Source of the DNA: Hypanus sabinus
Taxonomy: Eukaryota
Reading direction: 5' to 3'
DNA: 64,000 bases
Assembly: GCF_030144855.1 (NCBI RefSeq)
Contig: NC_082719.1
Span: 33,976,001 to 34,040,000, forward strand
Under the pieces are notes generated by a model that saw nothing but the letters and a program-made list of their open reading frames with translations, did not search any database and had not been told where the DNA came from. Positions 37,801 through 51,196 of the stretch are shown piece after piece. Within the stretch, counting starts at the first letter, position 1. The number at the start of each line of letters is the position of its first letter. The position numbers and the translations under genes are program-made.

Positions 37801-39090
37801 ACTTATTAGAAACAGTGAGCATGGTTTTGTGTGTGGTAGGACATGTTTAACCAATCTATTAGAGTTTTTCGAGGAAGTTACCAGGAAAGTGGATGAAGGG
37901 AAGGCAGTGGATGTTGTCTACATGGACTTCAGTAAGGCCTTTGACAAGGTCCCGCATGAGAGATTAGTTAGGAAGATTCAATTGCTAGGTATACATGGAG
38001 AGGTAGTAAATTGGATTTGACATTAACTCAATGGAAGAAGCCAGAGAGTGGTAGTGGAGGATTGCTACTCTGAGTGGAGGCCTGTGACTAGTGGTGTCCC
38101 ACAGGGATCAGTGCTGGGTCCATCGTTATTTGTCATCTATATCAATGATCTGGATGATAATGTGTCAAATTGGATCAGCAAATTTGCTGATGATACAAAG
38201 ATTGGAGGTGTAGTGGACAGTGAGGAAGGTTTTCAAAGCTTGCAGAGGGATTTGGACCAGTTGGAGGAATGGGCTGAAAAATGGCAGATGGAGTTTAATG
38301 TGGACAAGTGTGAGGTATTGCACTTTGGAAGGTCAAACCAAGGTAGAACATACAAGGTAAATGGTAGGACACTGAGGAGTGCAGTAGAACAGGGATCTGG
38401 GAGTACAGATACATAGTTCCCTAAAAGTGGCGTCACAAGAAGATAGGGTTGTAAAGAGAGCTTTTGGTACATTGGCCTTTATAAATCAAAGTATTGAGTA
38501 TAAGAGTTGGAATGTAATGGTGAGGTTGTATAAGACATTGGTGAGACCGAATTTGGAGTATTGTGTGCAGTTTTGGTCACCTAATTACAGGAAGGATATT
38601 AATAAGATTGAAAGAGTGCAGAAAAGGTTGCCAGGACTTGAGAAACTGAGCTACAAAGAAAGGTTGAATACGTTAGGACTTTATTCCCTGGAGTGTAGGA
38701 GAATGAGGGGTGATTTGATAGAGGTGTATAAAATTACGATGGGTATAGATAGAGTGAATGCAAGCAGACATTTTTCACTGAGGCCAGGGGAGAACAAAAC
38801 CAGAGGTGATGGGTTAAGGGTGAAGGGGAAAAAGTTTAAAGGGAAAATTGGGGGGGGGGGGGCTTCTTCATGCAGAGAGTGGTGGGAGTGTGGAATGAGT
38901 TGCCAGATGAAATGGTGAATGCAGGCTCACTTTTGACATTTAAGAAAAACTTGGACAGGTACATGGCGAGAGGGGTATGGAGGGATATGGCCCAGGTGCA
39001 GGTCAGTGGGACTAGGCAGAAAAATGGTTCGACACAGCCAAGAAGGGCCAAAAGGCCTGTTTCTGTGCTGTAATGTTCTATGGTTCTATG
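34876..39090 (+). mobile_element. Near-full-length CR1 LINE, disabled; ORF1 ~35160-36077 (Zn finger, coiled coil, SGNH esterase), ORF2 ~36220-39010 (APE endonuclease + RT)
   Basis: CSSC...CKKC, HIGTND, DGLHLN; IIAITETW, VGDFN, SDHN, YMDFSKAFDKV, GVPQGSVLGP, KFADDTK; TTCTATG tail. Stop at 38018-38020 and several frameshifts. Confidence 0.95.
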
Positions 39091-39255
39091 ATACTATAGT
39101 ATTGATGAGGGCCATGCATTAAATGTGATTTACATGGACATTAGTGAAAACTTTTGACAAGCAATTGATTCAAAAGTTTAGGGCCCATGGGATCTAGAGA
39201 AAGTTGGCAGACTCCATCCAACATTGAGTTGGCAATAGGGGGCAGAGGATAATGA

Positions 39256-39790
39256 TGGAGCACCTCTGCTCCATCTGCAAAAAGCAGGATTTCCTGGTGG
39301 CCTACCATTTTAATTCCAATCTCCATTCTCATGCTGACATCACGGTCCATGGCCTCTTCAGCTGCCATGATGAGGCCACTCTCAGGTTGATGGAGCAACA
39401 CCTCATATTTCATCTGAGTAGCCTCCAACCTGATGGCCTTTCCTCTTCTTAAAGTGTCCAATCTGGTGTTCCTCTTGCCTCTTCTCTGCTCTACTCCTAC
39501 CTATCAGGCCCCCCCCACCCGTGTTCATCCACTTTCCCTTATTCCCGTGGTTCACTCTCCTCTCCTATCAGATTCCTTCTTCTCCAGCCTGTTATGTTTT
39601 CCACCTATGTCCTCCGAGCTTCTTAATTCATTCACCCTCCCCCGCCACTTGGCAACACCTATCACCTTCTAGCTTGTATTTCTTCCCACCTCCCCATTTT
39701 CTTATCCTGACCTCTTCCTCCTTTCTTTCCAGTCCTCATGAAGGACGCTGCCTGACCTGCTGAGTTCCTCCAGCATTTCGTGTGTGCTTC
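39256..39790 (+). mobile_element. Second Penelope-like GIY-YIG 3' fragment with a decayed pseudo-LTR
   Basis: EHLCSICKKQDFLVAYHFN...EATLRLMEQHLIFHLSSLQPDG. Confidence 0.8.
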
Positions 39791-39799
39791 AATGTAGCC

Positions 39800-40640
39800 G
39801 TACACTACACCGAGATTCATTTTCTTGCATTCCCAGTAAAACAAAGAAACACAATAGAATCAATATTTTTTTAAAAAACACACACAAAGACTGACAAACA
39901 ACCAATGTACAAAAGAAGACAAACTGAAAAGAAGCAGACAAGTAACGTGAGCTGTAGAGACCTTGAAAGTAAGTGCATAGTTTGTGGAACCAGCTCAGAG
40001 TTGATGTGAGTGAAGTTATCCATGCTGATTAGGGAACCCGATGGTTGAAGGGTAATAATTGTGCCTGAACCTGTTTGGGGCGGGACCGAAGGCTCCTGCA
40101 CCTCCTTCATGAAGGCGGCAGTGAGAGGAGAGCAGGATGGTAGGACTCTTTGTCGATAGATGCCGTTTACTTGTGGTAATGCTCCTTGTAGGTGTGCTCA
40201 GTGGTGGGGATGGCTTTGCCTGTGATAGGCTGGGCTGCATTTACCACTTTTTATAAACTTCTGGTTCTTGTGCATTGGTGTTTTCAGATCAGGCTATGAT
40301 GCAACTAGTCAGGATTCTCTCCACTGTGCATCTATAGAAGCTTGTTAAAATTTTAGATGACATGCCAAATCTGCACAAACTTCTAAGCAAGTAGAGGTAC
40401 GGTGGTGCCTTCTTTGTGATGGCATTTATGTGCTGGTCCCAGGACAGATCCTCTAGTATGATAACACTACGGAATTTAAGATTACTGACCCTTTCTACCT
40501 TTGATCCCCTAATGAGAGCTGGCTCATGGACCTCTGGATTCCTCCTTCCGTAGTCAATAATCAACTCTTTGATTGTGCTGATGTTGAGTGAGAGGTTGTT
40601 GCTGCAGCACCACTCTATCAAATTTTCATTCTCTCTCCTT
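39800..40640 (-). mobile_element. Rex1/Babar-like LINE 3' fragment
   Basis: EWCCSNNLSLNIS-x-IKELIIDY...DLSWDQH...FYRCTVE. Confidence 0.8.
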
Positions 40641-41035
40641 GCTTTCCCAAGTTGCCACCCCTTATGTGAGCTCAGATAGTGAGCATTGATTGACCTTCCA
40701 TACAAGGATGGAGGGCCTCTCAGACAAAACACTCAAAGATACAATGAATAAAGCAACTGAAACAAATTAACATTTGTGTAACGTGGCATTATAATTTATT
40801 ATGCATTCGATGGACTGCTGATGAATCACTAGTTACTATACTTAGTCTATGATTTTGCTTTGGGCAATTTGTCTAGTAAAAGCAACTGGTGGTTAATAAT
40901 AGAATAGAATCTAGATTGTTGGTCCAGTCCCTTCTAGGTGGGACTACAACTAGAGGTCATGGGTTAAGGGTGAAAACTGAAAATGTAAGGGGAACAAAAG
41001 GGGAAACATCTTCACTCAGAGAGTTGTGAGAGTGT

Positions 41036-41252
41036 TGTGGTGAACTACATATACCTGTCTGGACATGCCCCCTGCTGACTGCTCCTGTGGCTCCTCCCAC
41101 AGACCCCTGTATAAAGGCGATCAAGGCCTGAGCCCAGCCTCTCAGTCTCCAGGATGTAGTATGGTGGTCACTCACTGCTTGTTCCTTCTTCCGGTCAATA
41201 AAAGCCGATATCTCACCTTTACGTCTCAGAGTGAGTTATTGATGGTGCATCA
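41036..41252 (+). mobile_element. Short solo LTR (217 bp) inserted in a CR1 fragment
   Basis: TG...CA termini, TATAAA, AATAAA, 5-bp TSD AGTGT. Confidence 0.85.
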
Positions 41253-43445
41253 AGTGTGGAACAAACTGCCAGCGCAAACAGTGCATGTGAGCTTGACTTC
41301 AATGTTGCACAGAAAGAACACATTCTTTCCCACTTACCTCTACTGACTCACTGAAAAAATAATGAGATCAGCGCCATCCTCTTTCATCCAAACTGACACC
41401 AATGAAAACACAGAGATTTTTTCTCACTCCTGCTACAAAATTCATGTTGTAATGTGATTGACAATTAAGCCAGTGAAGTTCATCTTTGATTGGGGAAGTA
41501 TATTGCTGACAGAAAACTGCACTCCGTTGGAAATCTGGGAGCCTAATTAATTGAACAATTACAATATGTGTTTGCTTAAAAGTTAAGAATATGGAGATAT
41601 AATCCAAATACTTTATTCTCATAATACTATATTTCTGAATGATTGAGTATTTATTCCAAGTAATTGCTATCTACTGTACATAGGCCACTTGGGTATGAAT
41701 TATGTACATGTGAAATAGTTGTACAAATTGAAGCCAATTGAGATACTTGAAATCCTCAGCCACTCTAGGATAAAATCACCCCTTTTAATGTAATTGCTTC
41801 AGCATGTGTAAAGCAATGAATACTAACCAAATAGATGAGCAAATATAATCTTTGGCTATTCAGGTTAACTTTAAAATCAACAAGTACAGAGCAGTATAAA
41901 GCAGTTTGAAGGGATGAAGGCTCTGTCTGATCTGAGGAGAAGACTAGCTGGTTTGAATAAAGGCTTTTTCTATAATTTTCTCACCTGCAATACCCATTTT
42001 GACCAATACTTGATGTTAGTGGGTACAGTATCAGGTTCACATTACATCTGAGCTTGTAAAGCACTGTTACTGGCTGGAAGTTATTGATTCCAGGGTCACA
42101 ATTATTAGCTTTGAGGTGCTCCCATTTGCTTCCATCCACCACTAGCACTTGTGGCTTGGAACAATGTATATTTGAGTTGTAGTTTTCACTACTAATGATG
42201 GCATTTTACCACATCAGCTAGATGGAAAATATGGATATAATTTTAGATTTCTAATAAGGAGAGATTGAGGTTATTCAGAAAAGCTGCACCAAGGTAAACG
42301 TGGTCATAATCTTACAGAATGTGCAATAGGTGTAATGGGTAAAATAATCTGCTCCCACTGTTATTTCTTACGGACAAAGCTACCTGTGGACTTGCTACAG
42401 GGATATATTTAAAGCAGATATGTAACTCAAATTTTTAAAGCTTCACAAATGCAAATAAATACTAGCTTAAACAACAAATGGAAGGTTTACACTTCATTGC
42501 AAATATCATTCAAAACAATGTGTGGATAAATTAAAGATGGATGTTTTAAAATACCTTTTTCAGAGAACGAAACTGATTAACATGTACCATGAAATAAAAG
42601 TGATCCTTAAAAAAAATAGCAACAACTTTTCTTGTAATAAATCTGGCATCATCACAATAATCACTAACAGCCAGAGACAATATTACAGCCATAAATTAGG
42701 TTGCCAGCAATACTTAAAATATTTATTTTTTCCATTATCCAATCCTAATTGCTGTTGTCCTTATGTATATACTTGGATCATCATTAATTCCATAGCCAAA
42801 TCCAGAAGAAACAATTGCTGTCACCATTCATACCCATAATTCTCATGCTGGTGCTACAAGGGTCTTCCTGAAACTCCTAAGAGGAAAGAAAAGCTTTAGT
42901 TGTAGCACATATGGCACTCAGGGGATTACTACACCCACCCCCCATATATAATCCAATCAAATTAGAGTCAACAATAAATCTTGTTTCTCTAGTACCCTTG
43001 TCTCAAGGAGCAATTTCTAAAAATTCAGGATTCACTGGGAAGTGGAGGGCAACAAAATTGAGGTTAAAACTAAATAGTGATTTAGAAATTTAAGCAGCAA
43101 ATTCAACTGGTTTTCACTCCCACCCCTTGCTCAGTCAAATGTGCTCAAGACAAAACCAATTTTAATTGGAATGATTATATGCCACAATTGGAAATTCAAC
43201 AATTCTTAATTAGAGCCAAGAACTAAAAGCCAACATGCTAAGATGTCTGTTTCTAAAACAGAAGTTAATTCAAAGTTGTGCAATGTTTTACCAGGAAGGA
43301 GTGTTGGGAATGGAGAAAAGGAGTGGAGACAGTGAACAGCTCAAGTTTGTTTCCTATTGAATTCACAAATATTATCACACCAAATGAGGCCCAGTGCCTT
43401 TCATCAAATTTAGCAATGTACCCAATAACAGAAAACAGGTGATGA

Positions 43446-44090
43446 CATGTTTGGTGTGTTGGGCTTCTTCAACCCTGGGATTGAATTCAAGTGTCATGAG
43501 GTAATGTTACAGCTATATAAAACCTTAGTTAGAACCTACTTGGAGTACTGTGTTCAGTTCTGGTCACCTCATTACAGGAAGGATATGGATACTATGGAAA
43601 GAGTGCAGAGGAGATTTACAAGGATGTTCCCTGGATTGGGGAGCATGCCTCATGAGAATAGGTTGAGTGAACTTGGGCTTTTCTTTCATTGGAGTGACGG
43701 AAGATGAGAGGTGACCTGATAGAGGTGTATAAGATGATGAGAGGCAATAACCAGAGGCTTTTTTCCAGGGCTGAAATGTCTAGCAAAAGGGTGCATAGTT
43801 TTAAGGTGCTTGGAAGTAGGTACAAGGGGGATGTCAGAGGTAAGTTTTTAATACAGAGAGTGGTGGGTGCGTGGAATGCACTGCCAGCAAAGGTGGTAGA
43901 GGCAGATGCAATAAGGTCTTTTAAGAGACTCTTAGATAGGTACATGGAGCTTAGAAAAAATAGAGGGCTATACAGTAGGGAAATTCTAGGCAGTTTCATG
44001 GTATTCTAGGTAGGATACAAGGTCAGCACAACATTGTGAGCCGAAGGGCCTGTAATGAGCTGCAGATTTAGATATTTCTATGTCTCTATG
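43446..44090 (+). mobile_element. CR1 3' fragment in intron 5 of the pseudogene
   Basis: LYKTLVRTYLEYCVQFWSP...MRGDLIEVYK, followed by a tail. Confidence 0.9.
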
Positions 44091-44571
44091 ACAATCCCCA
44101 CTCCCACTTAGGAGATTTATAAAAATCATAGCAATAAACTGACCTATACTGTAGGAATAATGATTTAGAGAACTACGCACTCATTCTGTAGTTCTTCCTT
44201 AAGTCCTGAATGAACAATTGCTGGTACACATAAACACACAAAAAAACATAGGGCTTGTTCAGCTTTCCTCACTGAGGAAGATCTGGTGAGAATATATCAT
44301 AAAGATGCCATTTTCCCTGCCCAAAAGGAAATGCAAATTGTTAATATCATTACCCTAGATGGACAAGTTTTAAATTTTATACTACCGTAAATGTACTCAT
44401 ACACCTGGACAACCAGTTTGTATCAAAATGCACCATTTCTGCCATCCTAACCTTTTATCCTCAACCATCATCAAGCTCTCTCCAACCCCACCAACAGCTA
44501 AATTTTCAGTCCCTTCAAATCTCTTCACTAGCTTCAAATTTTGATCAAGTCATCCCTCAGTGTCGCTTTGA

Positions 44572-44766
44572 AAACACAAACACGAGGAAATCTGCAGATG
44601 CTGGAAATTCAAGCAACACACACAAAATGCTGGTGGAACACAGCAGGCCAGGTGGCATCTATAGGGAGAAGCACTGTTGACATTTCGGGCCGAGACCTGT
44701 TGACTGTGCTTTTTCCTATAGATGCTGCCTGGCCTGCTGCGTTCCACCAGCATTTTGTGTGTGTTG
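44572..44766. mobile_element. Penelope-derived fold-back mini-element
   Basis: Long inverted arms; flanks cctcagtgtcgctt / cctcagtatccctt (12/14 match). Confidence 0.8.
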
Positions 44767-46085
44767 CCTCAGTATCCCTTGGCCATTTTGTGCTTAGTGT
44801 TACAGCTCCAAGCCATTTTGTGGTGTTACTCTTTAGCGAGGTCCAAGATGTACTTAAAGAACTATTCATACCTTACGTGCATCTCTGCCACCTTCAGGTA
44901 CCCCTGCACAGCTAATCTGCTCAGTTCGCTTGGCATGGAATTCTGACATTTACTGTTGTTATAATCATCCACTTCAGCCATCAAAAGGTCATAATTTGTG
45001 ATTACTATTACCAAGGAAAAAAACTAAAAAAATCAGATCATAATCCAGAATAGCTTGCTTTAAAATGATTGAAACTAATGTCAATATCTACCATCCATGC
45101 AATATGTCACCATTCACAAATTAACACACCAAGGAAGGATACAAAGCCAGCTTGTCTAGCTGGTCATTTAGAACATGCTAGAGGGTTATTTCCACCTGTA
45201 CAGGAGCCGGTTCACAAGGATGGGGAAAGTCATGTTGTTTAGTATCTGCATTTAGGCAGCCAATGTCAGAGGTCCCACCATTTCATAATTTAACCAGCTA
45301 GTCACATAGTAAGTCTTTGATAAATACAATGTTTCATTTAACATTGGGACTGCCTCCAATTTGCCATAATTATAGGAGACTATAGGACCCAGATTATTCC
45401 CATGGATGCCACATGGTATGCCTGTGGTGGGTGCAGGTAGACAAGCTGGTTGGTATACAAGTTAGTGTATTTAACTGGCTGTGACAGCTCTGACACGGCA
45501 ATCATAAATATCAGAGGACGTTGCCTGAGGCTGAATAACTATCTTTGCAATTTTTCGTTTTTGGACACTTTCTGTTCGCTGGTTCAAGCAATGGATTCCA
45601 AACACCACAGTTCAATTGTCTGTGTCTCTGGAATTTGAAAGGAGAAAAACAAATGTTAAATTTACTCTTCCAAAGGCTTGGGCTGGATAAGAAGATGAAG
45701 TCTGTATAGCCTATTTGCATTCATCTTTCATTTAATACGTTTTACCCCCTTGGTTACATGGCAGGGTAATGAGCAACTTGAGATCTGAAAATAACAGTGT
45801 AGTTGTTTTTCACTAATTTACAAGTTTCCTTGAAACTAAATGTAACCGGACAAGCAGACCGAAGGGCATTAATCACATTTAGGATCTCTGATGCAGACTG
45901 ATCAACAATGGGTGTGCGATAGTTTCAGGTCACTCTGCTGCATCAGGTCTCTAATTGGAGCTTTCTAATTATCATTTCCCTTGAATTAGCATATGGAGAG
46001 ATGGGCTAAATAAAGAATAATTTCTTATGCTCGTCTCCAATCTAACTTGCTTAAACAAAAAGTTTCATCAGCATGCAACTGGGGT

Positions 46086-46486
46086 TAAGATTTAAAGAGC
46101 AGATTTAGACCATTCGGTCCATCGAATCTGCTGCACCATTTCATCATGGATGATCCATTTTCCTTCTCAGCCCCAGTCTCCTGCCTTCCCCCAAATCCTC
46201 TCATGCCCTGACTAATCAAGAATCTATTAATGTCTGCCCTAATTATAACCAATGACTTGGCCTCCACAGCCACCTAAGGCAACAAATCCCACAGATTCAC
46301 CACTCTCTGCCTACTAAATTCTTCTTCATCTCCATTCCCAAAGGATGCCCTTCTATTCTGAAGCTGTGTCCTCTGGTCTTAGATTCCCCCAGCATAGGAG
46401 GCATCCTCTCCATATTCACTCTATCGACACCCTTCAACATTTGATAGTGACAATGAGGTCACCCCTCATTTTTCTGAGTTCCAGTG
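46086..46486 (-). mobile_element. CR1 3' fragment
   Basis: Antisense AVEAKSL...RFLISQG and 3' UTR. Confidence 0.8.
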
Positions 46487-47454
46487 TGTTGTTGCGTGAA
46501 TGAAATCACCGGAGGGAGAGTTACTGGTAGATACAAAGCAGCTTCTTTATTTGCAAAAACAAGGTACAGCAGGCATACGGAGACCCTTTTGGTGGAAAGG
46601 TCTGCTAGCCCAATATGGGGCTTGATATTTATTTACTAAAACACAGAGGACAATTTTACAAGTATAGAAAATGCTTTCCTTTGAAGCTACATACAAACTT
46701 CACACCTCCTGATTACATTCATCCCACCAGTGCCAGCAGCATCTGGACTTGTATTCAGGAATCCATTCTTCCAAACTGAATCCACGATTCATTTATTTGG
46801 TATTTTACATGCTTAACATGAAGGACAATCCATATTTACAAAATATGCATAATGCTGTCTTTGAGGTAGGTGAAAGACTGCCAAAAAAAACATTTTTGAA
46901 CCAAGTATTTGTGTGTAGTCACATAATCTTAAAATACACCTCATAATAAAAAAGGCATATTGAGACATCCAGTTCAAAATGCAAGTCGCAACTGAACCTA
47001 ATTCAGACAGATTGTAGCAAGACTACATTTGACAGTTTTTAACGTCCCTTCCAAAAGCGAGGTTTTACTTCATTTTAATTACGTTGTTGGTCTAAGCTAA
47101 TGTTAGAAAGCCATTGTCCTGTATTCAGACTTTTCCAAGCAAAATTTACAGGGCTATTAAATTCTGGTAAGAAAATGGTCCAAGCAAACACATGGAGCAT
47201 GATTATTTTTTTCATTTTGTTCTCCTGTCACCATCCCATCAGAAAATGACTGGTTATATTTTGAAAACATTAGTTTCATATACACGTTGAGCATGAACTG
47301 TGAAAGCAATGCAACCAGCACTTCGTGTATTATTTGAACATAGATGAAGGAGAAGACACAAGAAGCTGATTGTATAAGGTTTTGCAACAGATGCAATCCT
47401 ACACACCAAAGCAAAGCAAAAATACAAGTCAAGCTCCTCAGCTTTACTACAACT

Positions 47455-49197
47455 CTGAGATCACTGGGCGCAAAGAAAAGGCTGGGAATATCAATAACTG
47501 TAGCCCTTCTCTTCCTGATGAACTTAACGTATTCTACGCAAGATTCAAACAGAAGAGGAGCGTCCCGCCCCCTCTGGATGAACTGGACCTGGTGGCATCG
47601 AGATTCATCGTCACCGAGGAAGACATTGGAAGAGTCTTCCTGACGATAAATCCAAGGAAAGTAACAGCCTCAGGTGGCGTCCCGGGACGGGTTCTCCGGG
47701 CCTGTGCAAGCGAGCTAGCTGGAGTGTTTACTGACATCTTCAACTGCTCCCTGCTTCAGTCTAAGATCCCCTCATGTTTTAAGAAGGCAACGATAATCCC
47801 AGTGCCGGAGAAAAGCAAGGTGGCATGCCCGAATGACTACTGACCTGTGGCTCTGACATCAGTTGCTATGAAGTGCTTCAAGCGATTGGTTATGGCACAC
47901 ATCAACCATAACCTACCGGTCAACCTCGACGCTTTGCAATTTGCCTACCGCAGCAACAGGTCAACGGCAGATGCCATCTCTCTGGCACTACATTCCTCCT
48001 TAGAACACCTGGAGAATAAAGACGCATATGTAAGGCTCCTTTTCATCATCTACAGCTCTGCCTTTAATACAATCATTCCAAATAAACTGATTCCTAAGCT
48101 CCAGAACCTGGGTCTTAGCACTCAGATCTGCAGCTGGATCTTCAACTTCCTCACAGACAGCACCCAGGCTGTAAAAATAGGGGACAAGCTCTCCTCTACA
48201 ATCACTCTGAGCACCGGTGCCCCACAAGGCTGTGTACTCAGTGCCCTGCTGTACTCACTGTACACCCATGATTGTGTAGCCAAGTTTCCATCAAACTCAA
48301 TATATAAGTTTGCTGATGACACCACAATTGTAGGCCGTATCTTGGGTAATGATGAGACGGAGTACAGAGAGGAAATTAAGAACCTGGTGGCAAGGTGTGA
48401 AGACAATAACCTATCCCTCAACGTCAGCAAGACGAAGGAATTGGTTGTTGACTTCAGAAGGAGTTGCAGACTGCACAACTCCATCTACATCGGTGGTGCA
48501 CAGGTGGAACAGGTCAAAAGCTTTAAGTTCCTTGGGGTGAATATCACAAATGACCTGACTTGGTCTAACCAAGCAGAGTCCACTGCCAAGAAGGCCCACC
48601 AGCGCCTTTATTTCCTGAGAAAGCTGAAGAAATTTGACCTGTCCCCTAAAACCCTCACTAATTTTTATAGGTGCACCGTAGAAAACATTCTTCTGGGGTA
48701 CATCACAACCTGGTATGGAAGTTGTCCTGTCCAAGACCGGAAGAAGCTGCAGAAGATCGTGAACCTAGCCCAGCACATCACACAAACCGATCTTCCATCC
48801 TTGGACTCACTTTACACCACACACTGTCGGAGCAGAGCTGCCAGGATAATCAAGGACACAACCCACCCAGCCAACACACTTTTTGTCCCACTTCCCTCCG
48901 GGAGAAGGTTCAGGAGCATGAAGATTTGTAAGGCCAGATTTGGGAACAGCTTCTTTCCAACTGTGATAAGACTGCTGAACAGATCCTAACCCGTATCTGG
49001 GCCGTACCTTCCAAATATCCGGACCTGACTTGCACTACTTTTCTTTCCCTTTTCTATTTTCTAATTATGATTTATAATTTAAATTTTTATTATATTTACT
49101 TCGATTTGTACTTCAGGGAGCGCGAAGCACAGAAACAAATATCACTGTGATGATTGTACGCTCTAGTTTGCTGACAATAAAGTAAGGTAAAGTAAAG
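47455..49197 (+). mobile_element. 5'-truncated Rex1/Babar-like LINE in intron 1 of the pseudogene; RT largely in frame
   Basis: [30 protein letters not shown] and a (GTAAA)n tail. Stop at 47841-47843; the first catalytic Asp is altered (LFIIYSSAF). Confidence 0.92.
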
Positions 49198-51061
49198 CTG
49201 GACTATAACCAAGTTATTTAACAAAAAGTTCGATAGCAACAAGGAAGCACAGAAAGATGTCGGCATCACTGGAGATATGCAGGATCACAGTTATGAAACG
49301 TATTCAATGAAGTAAAAATGCAGACTAATCTGCCCCTAAATTAAGAGCTCATCGCAAGTCTCACAGAAATAATTGAATATATTCTTAATTTATTGATAAT
49401 TTCCATCAGTTAATAAACAGGCAATATCTAGAAATGATAAAGACTGATTAAGAATTTGTTTATAAATACAAATAACATCTCTTGCTCAACACCACAGCAA
49501 TCAACGCCACACTATTAAGACGAACAACAATGCTGAAGTTATTGTTACTATCTTTAAAACTTAGGCCTTCGACATCAGATTATTGGCTTCCTTGATTTTT
49601 ACCGTTTCTACATTCACACTGCTCATCTTGACCACTGGAACTAACCAACGCCCACTAAAGCTGACTGTTTGCTTGCTGTCCTATACCAGCTACTACTCTT
49701 CAACCAAAGTACTGAAGAAGACGAGTGAATGTATTGTAATTTATCCCGATGAGCAATGGACATCATGTTCCTCTAGGTAGGAGTTGCTTTTATAAATTTC
49801 CTCATCCTGAATCTGTTCGGGTGCAGTCATCTGCCGTTGCCCATTTTGATTGGAATATTGTATCAGAAAGAGTAATTGTGATGTTATGTCATGCTTAAGT
49901 TTAGAGAAAATCCATTGTTCAATTTCTGAATCTAGTCAAGACTTTCAAACATTGTTGGGATCATTTTTGAACTATTTTCAAAACCTTTGATTTGCACTTA
50001 AAGTACAGATGTTGGCTAATAACATATTTCACTCGATGATAATGATATTTTCCCCTTTTTTCTTTCTTTACCAAATAGCTTCAGTCTTGGTAGTGGGTTT
50101 AGATTCTCTTTTTTTTGAATAATAAAATTATCACATTTCAATGTTCTGATTTAATTTAATTTACATGAATATAGGGTAATGAGATTCCAAATGTGATTCA
50201 AATATGATGTATTTGATCATATTTAATCCTTTTTTTACTTATAATATATATCTTACTGTACTGTATTCTTCTATGTAGAAAATTAATAAAAATATTGAAA
50301 GAGAAAGAGTAATGATAAAGTTTTTAAGAAGTTCACAAAGAACAAGGAAGTAGGAGGAAACTGTTTTCTTTCCCACAGGTAGGTGTGTGCGAGGAGTAAG
50401 GAATTATTTAAAGAAATAAATGATCTGAAAAATATTTGCTAAGGCGTTTCCAGGACTCGAAGAACTTGGTTATTGAGAGCTGGAAAGACAGAAAGATAAC
50501 TTTGTTGCCCCTGCTCTTACACCAGTGACAGCTGTACATTAAAATTGCCCATTTTTGCTTTCAAGTTTACTCAGGATATGAAAAGAGGGAGACCTGAGAA
50601 AGGTATTTAGCAGGAGGTTTTGTAGGATTTGGGTTAGTTATGGAAATGAACAAGAAGTCAGTTAACTTAATCCAAAACAAGAGCAACTGCCAGGGTTAGC
50701 ATCGATCCAAAATGCTGAGAACTCCTTTCCCTTCACAGATGTTACCTGACCTGTTAAGTTTCCCTACCAGTTTGTTTTTATTCCAGGTTCCAGCATCTGC
50801 AGGAACTTGTGTGCCTCAGTGAACTTAACTTACAGAAAATTGATTAAATGTGCTGCCAGGGAATGAATTGGTGAGAGAGTTTTTGCACAGTGGCTGAGTA
50901 TAAAGAAGTCTAGAGATTATTTGGGTTGTGACCCTTCATCAGGAAACATAATCAAGGACTATACCCACCCTGGCCATTGTCCCTTCTCCCCTCTCATGTA
51001 AGGCAGAAGATATCAAAGCTTGAAAGTACGTACCACCAGGATCGAGGAGAGCTTCTATTCT

Positions 51062-51196
51062 GAACAAATGAAACTCTGCAGATGTTGGAAATCCGAGCAA
51101 CACACACAAAATGCTGGAGAGACTCAGCAGGCCAGGCAGCATCTATGGAAAAGAGCACAGTCAATGTTTCAGGCCGAGACCCTTTGGCAGGACTGG
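51062..51196 (-). mobile_element. Penelope pseudo-LTR fragment with a mutated hammerhead core
   Basis: Minus strand cagtc CTGCCAA agggtctcggcct GAAA cattgactg; flanking gagcttctat repeat. Confidence 0.7.

Larger units (their letters stand above)
42715..49626 (-). pseudogene. Diverged, disabled paralog of the TM serine protease gene; remnant exons ~49626-49486 (ex1), ~46877-46815 (ex2), 45627-~45423 (ex4), 42876-~42715 (ex6)
   Basis: Ex1 reads MSSVNVETVKIKEANNLMSKA*VLKIVTITSALLFVLI (TAA at 49563-49561), then a frameshift, and the donor is now GC. Ex4 reads DTDN*TVVFGIHCLNQRTESVQKRKIAKIVIQP...QPACLPAPT with frameshifts. Ex6 reads GVSGRPL*...IVSSGFGYG...WIMEKIN. Intron-1 and promoter homology are also visible. 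Confidence 0.88.

Noticed and set aside
36413-38020. 535-aa ORF (also the 380-aa ORF at 47847 and the 334-aa ORF at 56645) as host genes or active elements
   Set aside because: These are LINE ORF2 fragments with stops, frameshifts or altered catalytic Asp residues.
46487-46800. Possible antisense LTR-like repeat, resembling 63614-64000
   Set aside because: Termini and TSD could not be defined.
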